Source: Propionivibrio sp.
Lineage (GTDB): Bacteria; Pseudomonadota; Gammaproteobacteria; Burkholderiales; Rhodocyclaceae
Direction of reading: 5' to 3'
Assembly (NCBI GenBank): GCA_031547245.1
Contig: JAVBSG010000008.1
Span: 8,546-72,545, forward strand
DNA: 64,000 nucleotides
Both the position numbers and the translations under genes were made by a program. The stretch's first letter is position 1. Each line of letters starts with the position of its first letter. Below are positions 30,931 to 39,900 of this stretch, in pieces. Below the pieces are notes generated by a model that saw only the letters and a list, made by a program, of their open reading frames with translations, had not been told where the DNA came from and searched no databases.

Positions 30931-31332
30931 TCATTGACCTGAAGTTAACAGCAACCATTCCCTCCAGCGGCGCCGTGCTTCCTCCTTGCTTTCACGTTCT
31001 TTGGCGCGGCAAGGGGCGCAACGCCTGGCCGTGGTGAAACGCTCGCCCCTGGCGACTTCGTACCACCAGCGCTGGCGCTTGGCTGTCCATACGCATTCCG
31101 TTCCACAATCGATGCAGCGGAACGGCAGATCTTCGTAGTAGCCGCGGCGGACGAACAGTGGATCCCCATAGCTGTTGCTCGGACGAAGCCATGTAGGATC
31201 TACAGCAATGGCATTTTTTGGCGGCATGGGCGGAGAATCGTACAGCCAGTGCATTGCCGATTGCTCGTGGCGTGTACGGCGCGCGGTCTTGATTTCCTGT
31301 CGCCGCTGTTTTCCGCTTTTGTATGCCTTCAT
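30931..31332 (-). CDS. Small zinc-ribbon protein (CxxC-x25-CxxC) with an Arg/Lys-rich C-terminal tail; last gene of the putative sigma54/RtcR-dependent operon
   Basis: 133 aa from MKAYKSG (GGAAG 5 nt upstream; the upstream in-frame ATG at 31347 has no SD). CIDCGTEC...CAPCRAKE four-Cys pattern. Basic tail RRRWREW. Confidence 0.5.
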   Translation of the reverse strand: MKAYKSGKQRRQEIKTARRTRHEQSAMHWLYDSPPMPPKNAIAVDPTWLRPSNSYGDPLFVRRGYYEDLPFRCIDCGTECVWTAKRQRWWYEVARGERFTTARRCAPCRAKERESKEEARRRWREWLLLTSGQ

Positions 31333-31430
31333 CTTTCTTCCATCCAATAACGTGAAATTCCAGTGAAATGGAGTATCCAGGCATCTCCGCAGGGGAACGC
31401 AGGGGGCGTGAGCCCCCTGCGGGAAATGCG

Positions 31431-32570
31431 TCAGTTCGGCCGGATCTGCACCAGGCCGTTCAGCACCTGATCCAAGCCGCCGAAGACCGAGATGCGGTCG
31501 ATCCTTTCCGCCACGCGCTCCAGAGTTTCCAACTCCTTCAGGCGCAGGGCGGTCGGGTTGTCTTCCATCACCTTGGCCGTGTTGAGCAGCGAGCGCGTTG
31601 CGGCGGTTTCTTCCCGGCGGCGGATGACGTTGGCTTCCGCAGCCTTGCCGGCTTCCACCACCTGCGCGAGGATCGCCTTCATCTCGCCTGGCAGGATGAT
31701 GTCCTTGACGCCGATGCTGCCGACATCGAGGCCGAAGCCGTCGAGCTTTTGGGCGATATGCGCGCTCACCACTTCGTCGATGAGCAGCTTGTTTTCCAGC
31801 AGTTCATCGAGGTTGCGCGTTCCCACCGCTGCCCGCAGGCCGAACTGCAGCTCGCGGTAGAGGTGTTCGACCGGTTTGCTGAGTTTTTCGTAAGCGAGCA
31901 GCACGTCCGCGAAGCGCCACGTCGCCGCGAGGTTGACGCGCAGGCCGACTTTGTCGCGGGTCAGGATTTCCTGGCCGCTGACCTCCATCGCCTGCCAGCG
32001 GGTGTCGACCTGTTCGACCTGCACGTCGCGGTTGAAGCGCCAGTAGGCTTCAACGCCAGGCTGCAACAGTTCCTGCACGCGGCCATCGACGCGCAGCAGG
32101 CCGACGTGGTAGGCAGGCACCTGGGCGACCAGCAGGCCGCTCATGCCCATCAGGGCCTGTCCGCGCAGCGCCGGTTGCAACAGCCGCGAAGCCATTTCGC
32201 GGGGCAGGGCGCAGCCCTGGCGCAGATCGACCCGTTCAAGGCGATGTCTGATCAGGCCCAGCCAGAAAAAACGGCGCGATGCAGGCGGCAGTATTTCGAC
32301 CAGCACGTCGTTCTCGTAACGCAGGCCGGCTTCGTCCTCGGTCAATTCCATGCAGACGAAATACTTCCCGGCGGTTTCCGGTTCGTTCTGACGCAGGTAA
32401 TCGACGAGAGGGACGTCGAGCATGGGCGCATCCAGCTTCCAGACACTCAGCGTCAGTTCGTTCAACGGATCGAAGAAACAGTGGCGGCCGGCATCCAGAA
32501 TGCGTTCGAAATCGCCTTTGCGCAGCAGGGCGGCACGTTCGTTCTTTTTGACGATGAATCTTTTCAGCAT
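31431..32570 (-). CDS. SPFH/band-7 (slipin/stomatin-like) domain protein with an uncharacterised ~150 aa N-terminal extension
   Basis: C-terminal half has the SPFH core and an ALRLKELETL-type helix typical of band-7 proteins. ATG preceded by AAGGAGAAAAA. Confidence 0.8.
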   Translation of the reverse strand: MLKRFIVKKNERAALLRKGDFERILDAGRHCFFDPLNELTLSVWKLDAPMLDVPLVDYLRQNEPETAGKYFVCMELTEDEAGLRYENDVLVEILPPASRRFFWLGLIRHRLERVDLRQGCALPREMASRLLQPALRGQALMGMSGLLVAQVPAYHVGLLRVDGRVQELLQPGVEAYWRFNRDVQVEQVDTRWQAMEVSGQEILTRDKVGLRVNLAATWRFADVLLAYEKLSKPVEHLYRELQFGLRAAVGTRNLDELLENKLLIDEVVSAHIAQKLDGFGLDVGSIGVKDIILPGEMKAILAQVVEAGKAAEANVIRRREETAATRSLLNTAKVMEDNPTALRLKELETLERVAERIDRISVFGGLDQVLNGLVQIRPN

Positions 32571-32861
32571 TTTTTCTCCTTGATTTCCGGCTTTTGTAAG
32601 CCATTGTCGTACTTGCCGGTTATCGCCGGTCCGGCGGGCGCTTTGGGCGGCTTACGCGTGAGGGCGTCCGGCGGAGCGCCGTGGATTCCAACTCCTTCCT
32701 GGCAGCGCATCGCTGCAGGTCGGCGGTAATCCCTGGCTTCCTGCCGAACGCCTTGCCGCAAAGCGGTCCGAGGCGCCGGGCCGAACCGGCGGCGGGTGCT
32801 TGCGCATGCCGCAACCGGCGGGTGCTGCTGGTGGTACTGAACACTGTCGTTACAGGACAGT

Positions 32862-32933
32862 TGGAACGGGAGTCGAACCCGCGACCCATCGGTTATTAGC
32901 CGATCGCTCTACCCGACTGAGCTATCCAGTGGC
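32862..32933 (-). tRNA. tRNA-like element B: near-complete cloverleaf with an imperfect acceptor stem and non-canonical anticodon loop CUAAUAA (anticodon position reads AAU). Degenerate/pseudo-tRNA or tRNA mimic
   Basis: Minus-strand read 5'-GCCACUGGA UA GCUC AGUCGGGUA GAGC G AUCGG CUAAUAA CCGAU GGGUC GCGGG UUCGACU CCCGU UCCA-3'. D-arm, anticodon arm and T-arm (GGGTTCGACTCCC) are canonical. Only 4 of 7 acceptor base pairs form and there is no genuine encoded CCA. Confidence 0.45.
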
Positions 32934-32986
32934 TGCACGCAGGGAATCGAACCCAGACATTCAAGATGCCCAACCAAGGCATGCAG
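32930..32986 (-). ncRNA. tRNA-like element A: minihelix-like RNA (7-bp acceptor-like stem CTGCATG/CGTGCAG + T-arm CTGGG-TTCGATT-CCCTG + encoded CCA) lacking D and anticodon arms
   Basis: Minus-strand read CUGCAUG-CCUUGGUUGGGCAUCUUGAAUGU-CUGGG UUCGAUU CCCUG-CGUGCAG-CCA. Its 3' CCA abuts/overlaps the 5' end of element B. Could be one composite Y-RNA-like transcript with B. Confidence 0.35.
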
Positions 32987-33126
32987 ATATCGCTTTCCCG
33001 CGACGGCGGCATACAGCGGAACGACAAACGCCATCTTTCCAGGATGGCATCAGGCTCCGATGCACCGGCGGGGTGGGAACCCCTTGCCCGTCGGCCATTG
33101 CCGCAAGTTGGCGACGATCTGTTCAT

Positions 33127-33143
33127 TGCGAAAGGCGTGCCAG
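33127..33143 (-). promoter_or_regulatory. Sigma54 (RpoN) -24/-12 promoter (CTGGCACGCCTTTCGCA) reading leftwards into the tRNA-like elements, SPFH and Zn-ribbon genes
   Basis: Minus-strand TGGCAC-N5-TCGCA. GG and GC separated by exactly 10 nt (consensus TGGCACG-N4-TTGCW, one mismatch in the -12 box). Sits about 140 nt upstream of the divergent rtcR start. Confidence 0.5.
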
Positions 33144-33283
33144 AAGTGGGAAAGAATCTGTGCTATTTTTCAACGTATTGAATTTATTTGTGTTTGTTCT
33201 CGTTCGAAGGCGGAAGAAAAAACAGTAGTTCCTCAATATGAGATAAAATTGGATAATTATTTATCTGAATTTATATAAACCTT

Positions 33284-34891
33284 ATGAAGAAAATCGTGGT
33301 CATCGGTTTCCTTGGTACGCAGTTGGACTATGCGGGAAAAGGCAGCACCCGCTGGGAAAAATGGCGTCCGTCGATCGCGCTCTGCCAGCAGGAGGATCTG
33401 GTCGTGCATCGCCTGGAACTGATTCACGATCCGCGCAGCCGCGGCCTGGCCGAGCGCGTCGTCCTGGACGTCGCCAGCGTGTCGCCGGAGACCGAGGTGC
33501 GCCGCAATGAGATGGAGCTGCGCAACCCCTGGGATTTCGAGGAGGTTTACACCACGCTGCACGATTTTGCGCGCAACTACCCCTTCGACCCCGAGAACGA
33601 GGAATACCTCATCCACATCACCACGGGAACGCACGTCGCGCAGATCTGCTGGTTCCTGCTGGCCGAAGCGCGCTATCTTCCGGCACGGCTGCTGCAAACC
33701 TCGCCGCCGCGCAAGAAGGAGATTGCCAACAGCATCGGGTCCTACGAAATCATCGACCTCGACCTCTCGCGCTATAACCAGATCGCGCAGCGCTTTGCCC
33801 GCGAGCATGACGACAGCGTGTCCTTCCTCAAGTCCGGCATTGCCACGCGCAACCCTGCCTTCAACCGCATGATAGAACGCATCGAACACGTGGCCGGCCG
33901 TTCGCGCGCGCCGATGCTGCTGGTGGGGCCTACCGGCGCAGGCAAGTCCTTCCTGGCGCGCCGGGTGTATGAGCTGAAACGCCAGCGGCAGCGGCTGGCC
34001 GGGCGCTTCATCGAGGTCAACTGCGCCACGCTGCGCGGCGATTCGGCGATGTCCAATCTGTTCGGCCATGTCAAAGGGGCGTTTACCGGTGCGCAGAGCG
34101 AAAGGCCCGGGCTGCTGCGTTCTGCCGACCTGGGGCTGCTTTTCCTCGACGAAATAGGCGAGCTTGGGCTTGACGAACAGGCCATGTTGCTCAAGGCCAT
34201 AGAGGAAAAGCGCTTCTTCCCCTTCGGCGGCGACCGCGAGGCGGAAAGCGATTTCCAGCTCATCGCCGGCACGCACCGCGACCTGCGGCAGTGGGTGAGC
34301 GAAGGGCGTTTCCGCGAGGATCTTTACGCCCGCATCAATCTGTGGACTTTCATGCTGCCGGGCTTGTCCGAGCGGCCCGAGGATATCGAACCCAACCTCG
34401 ATTTCGAGTTGGAGCGCTTCGCCCGCGAAGACGGCCAGGTGGTTCGCTTCAACGTCGAGGCCAGGCGCCGCTACCTGTCCTTTGCCGCCTCGCCGCAGGC
34501 GCGCTGGCAGGGTAATTTCCGCGAACTCGGAGCCTCGTTGACGCGCCTGGCCACGCTAGCCGAAGCGGGGCGGATTACCGAAGAACTGGTTTCGGAAGAA
34601 ATCGTCCGCCTGCGTGCAAGCTGGAGCATAGATGGTGAAGAAGATGCCGTGGCATCGCTCGCCAGGCAGTTTCCCGGAGTTTTTTCCGATTCGCTCGATC
34701 TCTTCGACCGGTGCCAGTTGAACGCCGTGATCGATGTCTGCCGGAATTCGTCCAGCCTCTCCGAAGCCGGTAGAAAGCTGTTTGCCGTATCGCGGCAGGA
34801 GAAAAAACAACCCAACGATGCTGACAGGTTGCGCAAGTACCTGGGCCGCTTCGGGCTGACGTACGAAATCCTGGCTGACGAACAATCCTAG
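33284..34891 (+). CDS. rtcR: RtcR-type sigma54-dependent transcriptional regulator (N-terminal CARF-like domain, central AAA+ with GAFTGA, C-terminal HTH)
   Basis: N-terminus MKKIVVIGFLGTQLDYAGKGSTRWEKWRPS...HITTGTHVAQICWFLLAEARYLPARLLQTSPPRKKE is characteristic of RtcR. Walker A GPTGAGKSF. GAFTGA loop (VKGAFTGAQ). C-terminus ...NDADRLRKYLGRFGLTYE. Confidence 0.88.
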   Translation: MKKIVVIGFLGTQLDYAGKGSTRWEKWRPSIALCQQEDLVVHRLELIHDPRSRGLAERVVLDVASVSPETEVRRNEMELRNPWDFEEVYTTLHDFARNYPFDPENEEYLIHITTGTHVAQICWFLLAEARYLPARLLQTSPPRKKEIANSIGSYEIIDLDLSRYNQIAQRFAREHDDSVSFLKSGIATRNPAFNRMIERIEHVAGRSRAPMLLVGPTGAGKSFLARRVYELKRQRQRLAGRFIEVNCATLRGDSAMSNLFGHVKGAFTGAQSERPGLLRSADLGLLFLDEIGELGLDEQAMLLKAIEEKRFFPFGGDREAESDFQLIAGTHRDLRQWVSEGRFREDLYARINLWTFMLPGLSERPEDIEPNLDFELERFAREDGQVVRFNVEARRRYLSFAASPQARWQGNFRELGASLTRLATLAEAGRITEELVSEEIVRLRASWSIDGEEDAVASLARQFPGVFSDSLDLFDRCQLNAVIDVCRNSSSLSEAGRKLFAVSRQEKKQPNDADRLRKYLGRFGLTYEILADEQS

Positions 34892-34894
34892 GCG

Positions 34895-35452
34895 CTACCG
34901 CGCCTTGAAAAAACCGAGCACGGCGCCGCACAGTCCTCCGACGATGTGGGCAAAGTGCGATGTGTTGCCTTGCGTGAACAGGGTGTCGTAAAGCTCCTGT
35001 CCAAGGTAAAGCACCAGGACCAGGAGGAATGTCATCGGGATCCTGCCGCTACGGAAATTGACGATGGAGGCGAGCAGGATGAGCATGAAGACGATACTGC
35101 TGGCGCCGGCCAGGGCGACCTGCGGGAAAAGCATGATGCTGAAAAGCCCGGTGACGGCGGCCGTGACCAGCATCGCCTGCAGCATGAAAGGCGAGCCGTA
35201 CTTTTCCTCGAGCATCGGTCCGAGGATGAGGATCATCAGGAAGTTGCCGATGAAATGGTTGAAACTGGCGTGGCCGCAGATGTGCGTGATGAGGCGTAGA
35301 TACTGCAGGGGGTCGTCGAACGAGGTACGGAATACGGTGAAATAGGCCGACATAATCTGCCCGCCCGTCGCGTAACCCAATGCCAGTACGATAGCGCTGA
35401 TGAAGAAATAGGAAAGGATGACTGGGGAGTTGTAGTCGAGTTTATGCAACAT
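34895..35452 (-). CDS. Rhomboid-family intramembrane serine protease
   Basis: Six TM helices. GxSG-type motif (AGASSIVF) and catalytic His (AHIVGG). First ATG at 35452; the ORF-track start at 35467 is a TTG. Confidence 0.75.
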   Translation of the reverse strand: MLHKLDYNSPVILSYFFISAIVLALGYATGGQIMSAYFTVFRTSFDDPLQYLRLITHICGHASFNHFIGNFLMILILGPMLEEKYGSPFMLQAMLVTAAVTGLFSIMLFPQVALAGASSIVFMLILLASIVNFRSGRIPMTFLLVLVLYLGQELYDTLFTQGNTSHFAHIVGGLCGAVLGFFKAR

Positions 35453-35648
35453 TGTTTTGGTGCGCAATGCAGGTGAAACGAAGCGGACTCTCGTCCGGCT
35501 CGAGGAGAAAAATCGCGGGAATTACCGGTTTCGGTTCGGAGCAGGGCGAAGACCGGCGCTACCCGGACTGCCGGTGGTTTGCCGTGGCAAACCACCGGAT
35601 ATCCAGCCGGGCATGTCCGATTTCTTTGTTGTTCCAGCGGCGGGCGGC

Positions 35649-36371
35649 TCAGCCCTGGCCGCAACACTGCTTGTACTTCTTGCCGCTGCCGCAAGGGCAA
35701 GGATCGTTGCGGCCGGTTTTCGGCGCGTCATGGCGGATGGTCTGGGTGCCGCGCTTGGCCAGCCAGAAGCGGTAGACGTCGGTCACCGCCTGCGGCAGGT
35801 CCTCTTCGCATTCGCGCTCGATTTCTGCACGCTCGTCACCGTCCGGCCATTCCTCGCCGTGTTCCCGGGCGGCGGCTTCCGCTTCGCCGGTCAGCACCAT
35901 CAGCGGGAAGAGGCGTTCGTCGAGGTAGTTGATTTCCTCTTCGGTTTCCTCGTCTTCGCTTTCCTCGAAAAACTCGAACCAGTCATCCTCGGCTTGATCG
36001 ACAGCCGACAGATAGGCTTGGCACCAGGGCAGGTAATCGCTGGGACTATCTTCCCCATCGTCTTTCGGGTAGAGCAACAGGGTCGGCGGGTTGCCGGCGG
36101 CCAATTCGGCCTCCAGATTCTGGGCAAAGCGCTGGATCAGGCCGGCGGCTTCGCGGCCGGCGCCGCTGTCGAGCGCGTCCTCGCTGCCCAGGATGTCGAG
36201 CAGGCGGTTTTCCACGGATATCGGCCGCGGTCCCGCAAGTGCAGCGCAGAGATAACCCTGTATTTCGTCGAGGCGTAGCGCTTCTTCCAGCGCCGGGTCA
36301 TCAAGGAGGGCTTCCAGGCGGTCGAGTTGTTCGTCGGCGAGGGAAGCGGTCGGAGAAATCTGCTCAGTCAT
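35649..36371 (-). CDS. YecA/UPF0149-family protein with C-terminal SEC-C metal-binding motif
   Basis: Acidic protein ending [17 protein letters not shown] (SEC-C motif). Confidence 0.75.
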   Translation of the reverse strand: MTEQISPTASLADEQLDRLEALLDDPALEEALRLDEIQGYLCAALAGPRPISVENRLLDILGSEDALDSGAGREAAGLIQRFAQNLEAELAAGNPPTLLLYPKDDGEDSPSDYLPWCQAYLSAVDQAEDDWFEFFEESEDEETEEEINYLDERLFPLMVLTGEAEAAAREHGEEWPDGDERAEIERECEEDLPQAVTDVYRFWLAKRGTQTIRHDAPKTGRNDPCPCGSGKKYKQCCGQG

Positions 36372-36375
36372 GATG

Positions 36376-36795
36376 TTAACCTCGCGTATTGGTTGAAGGT
36401 TCGAAATCGGCTAGCGTTACTGTCGGTTGAGGCGTCCATCCCTCGGCGCGGTGTTCCGCGACAACGTTGGTGAAAATGCCGCCGCGCACGAAGAACTTGG
36501 CAGTCAGGCGCATGAAGCGCGGTTCGAGCGCCTTGACGAGGTCGTCGAGGATCTGGTTGGTTACCGCTTCATGGAAACAGCCTTCGTTGCGGAAGGACCA
36601 GATGTAGAGTTTGAGGCTTTTGAGCTCGACGCATCGCTTTTCGGGGATGTAGTCGAGGGTCAGCGTGGCGAAATCCGGTTGCCCGGTCTTGGGGCACAGG
36701 CAGGTGAATTCGGGGATTTCCATATGAATGTGGAAATCGCGGTGCGGAGCGGGATTGGGGAAGGTTTCCAGCGTTTTTGAGGCTTGAGTGGTCAT
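36376..36795 (-). CDS. queF: NADPH-dependent 7-cyano-7-deazaguanine (preQ0) reductase QueF (type I, unimodular)
   Basis: About 139 aa from [15 protein letters not shown]. Conserved Cys ([14 protein letters not shown]) and the QueF motif. The ORF-track extension to 36894 would overlap the smc start region. Confidence 0.85.
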   Translation of the reverse strand: MTTQASKTLETFPNPAPHRDFHIHMEIPEFTCLCPKTGQPDFATLTLDYIPEKRCVELKSLKLYIWSFRNEGCFHEAVTNQILDDLVKALEPRFMRLTAKFFVRGGIFTNVVAEHRAEGWTPQPTVTLADFEPSTNTRG

Positions 36796-36932
36796 GAAGG
36801 TACCAGAATGACAGGATTGGAGCGGTTTAAGCAAACGAAATGATATTATAGGCGTCCTTAAACGCCAGCGTGTTGCCGCGTCACCGCTTACCATACTTTA
36901 TTTACGCAGCCCTTATGGCTGCGTTCTACTTG

Positions 36933-39900
36933 ATGCGCCTGACAAAACTCAAACTTGCCGGATTCAAATCCTTCGTCGATCCCACGACGGTTGCTTTGCC
37001 GGGCCAGCTCGTCGGCGTCGTCGGGCCGAACGGCTGCGGCAAGTCCAATGTGATGGACGCCGTGCGCTGGGTGCTCGGCGAATCGAAAGCGTCCGAGTTG
37101 CGCGGCGAATCGATGCAGGACGTGATTTTCAACGGATCCAGCACACGCAAGGCGGTGTCCCGCGCTTCTGTCGAACTGGTTTTCGACAATTCGCTCGGCC
37201 GCATCGCCGGCCAGTGGTCGCAGTACACCGAACTGTCGGTAAAAAGGGTGCTGACGCGCAACGGCCAGTCCGAGTATTACATCAACAATCTGCACGTGCG
37301 CCGCAAGGACATCACCGACCTGTTTCTCGGCACCGGCCTCGGGCCGCGCGCCTACGCCATCATCGGCCAGGGCACGATTTCGCGCATTATCGAAGCGCGG
37401 CCCGACGAACTGCGGGTTTTCCTGGAAGAAGCCGCCGGGGTGACCAAGTACAAGGAACGCCGCAAGGAGACCGAGGGGCGTCTGGCGGACACCCGCGAGA
37501 ATCTGCTGCGCGTCGAGGACATCCGCGCCGAACTCGGCTCGCAGATGGAGCGCCTGGAAGGGCAGGCGGCGATCGCCCGTCAATACCGCGAATACCACGA
37601 CGATCTGACGCGCAAGCAGCAGTTGCTCTGGCTGCTGCGGCGCAATGAGGCGCAGGCCGAGCGCACGCGCCTGGGCAGCGAGATCGAACAGGCCGTTACC
37701 GGCCTGGAAGGGCAGAACGCGGCGCTGCGGGAAACCGAGCTGCACCTCGAGGAAACGCGCGAGAGCCATTATGCGGCCAACGATGGCCTGCAGAACGCGC
37801 AAAGGATGCTGTACGAAGTCAATGCCGAGGTGGCGCGGCTGGAGGCGGAAATCCGCCACCGCCGTGAGTCGCAGCAGGAATATGAGTCGCGGCTCGTGCA
37901 ACTCACCGACGACAAACAGCACTGGCAGGAGCAGATTGCGAAATTCGCGGCAGATCACGAACGCTGGCTGGAATTGTCGGTGTTGGCCGACGAACGGGTC
38001 GAACAGGGCGAAATGCGTCTGGCGGCCCAGCAGGAGCGCTTGCCGGTTGCCGAGGAGGCACACGCGGCGGCGCAGGAGGAAGTCAACCGCCAGCGCGGTG
38101 ACCTGGCGCAAGCCGACAAACACCTGCAGGTCGAGATCGCCAACCGCGGCCATGCCCAGCGCTCCCTTCAGATCATCGCCGGCCGCCGCGAGCGGCTGCA
38201 GCAGGAGCGCGAGGCGCTACCGGTTCCCGACACCGCTGAGTACGAACTCAAGCAGGAAACCTTGGCCGAACTGCGCGAAAGCATTGCCGAGGGGCAGGAG
38301 AAAGTGTCCGCCAGCCAGCGCCAGTTGCCGCTGCTCGAACAGCAACGCCGGGATGCGCTGTTGCGGGTGCAGCAGGTGCAGAAGGAGCGCGCCGAGGTGC
38401 ACGCGCGCCGCTCAGCGCTGGAGCAGTTGCAGAAACGGGTGCAAGGCGACGGCAAACTGGGCGACTGGCTGCACCGGCATCGTCTGGACAATCGGCATCC
38501 CTTGTGGAAGTCGCTGCATGTCGAAGCCGGCTGGGAAGACGCCGTCGAGGCCGTCCTGCGCGAGCGGCTCAGTGCGCTGCCGGCCGAAATAGCCGATCCG
38601 GCCTGGAGCAAGGATCGGCCGGGCAGCAAGCTGACATTGCTGCTCCCCGGGGAAGAGGCGCTTTCGGCGCTGGAGAAAAAAGGACTGCGTGCGCGCATCC
38701 GTTGCGACGACGCAAAGCTCGCGGGCATTCTCGACGAATGGCTGCGCGACGTATTCACCGCCCAGGATCTGGCCGGCGCGCTGGCGCTTCGGGAAAGCCT
38801 GGTGGGGTCCGCCTGCTGCGTAACGCCGGGCGGCGACGTGGTGACGCGGCAGAGCGTTACGCTGTTCGCGCCCGATGCGGCCGAACACGGTTTGCTCGAG
38901 CGGCAGCGGGAAATCGAACATCTCGGTGAAGTCATCGCCGGCCTGGAAGACCGTGTTGGGCAGGAGCAGGCGCACCTGGCCGAGATCGAGGAAAGCATGG
39001 CCGATGCGCAGGAGGTGCTGCAAGCGGCGCGCAAGCATCTGGACGACCAGCAGGAGCAGGCGCATGCCATCCAGGTCGAGACGCTGAAGCTGGCGCAGGC
39101 GCTGGAGCGTTTCCGCGAGCGCCAAGCGCAGATCGACGGCAGCCTGGAGGAAATGGCGGCGGAAGAGGAGGGGGAAAACGAGCGCCTGTTCATAGCCGAG
39201 GAAGCGATCGAAACCCGGCGCGAAGAAATCCGCGAACTGCAGCAGACCATGAATTCGGCGCTGGCGAGGCTGGAACAGACGGACCGCAGCCTGCGCGACG
39301 AACGCGAGCGGGTGAATGCCGTCGAGCGCGAACTGCGCGAAGCGCAGTTTTCGCAACGCGAATGTCGTGGCAAGCTGGAGGAGATCGCCAACAACCGCAC
39401 GCTGGCGCGCAAGCAGACCGAGCGTATTATCGAGGAACTGGCGCGCTGCGAAGAGAATGCGCTGGCGATACAGGCCGAGGATATGGAGCCGAAGCTGCAG
39501 GAGGCGCTCGATCAGCGCGTGGCGCGCGAGCAGGCTCTGGCGGCAGCGCGCGATGCGCTGGAAACGGCGACTGCCGCGCTACGTGGTCTGGAAGAGCAGC
39601 GCATGAAAGTCGAACAGAGCCTCGACCCGTTGCGCGAACGGATCAGCGAACTCAAGCTCAAGGAGCAGGCGGCGGCGTTGAACGTGGAGCAGCTGTCAGC
39701 GCAACTTCTGGAAGCGAAAGCGAACGAGGAGGTGCTGGCCGGCGATTTGCCCGGTGCGCGCCCCGGCGCACTGCAGAGCGCGATTTCCGGCCTGCAGCGT
39801 TCCATCGAGGCATTGGGCGCCGTCAACCTGGCGGCGCTGGAAGAGCTGGAGTCGGCGCGAGAGCGCAAGGGCTTCCTCGACGCGCAGTCGGAAGACCTGA

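Noticed and set aside
32564-33278. Seven small ORFs (60-142 aa) across the SPFH leader / tRNA-like / promoter region
   Set aside because: They overlap the structured tRNA-like elements and the sigma54 promoter, lack SDs, and have Arg/Pro/Ala-rich translations. Interpreted as non-coding leader RNA.
36888-39412. Long minus-strand ORFs (421 aa and 414 aa) and multiple + frame ORFs overlapping smc
   Set aside because: Antisense and alternate-frame artefacts of the GC-rich smc gene (Arg/Ala/Ser-rich, no start context). smc itself has Walker A/B and signature motifs.
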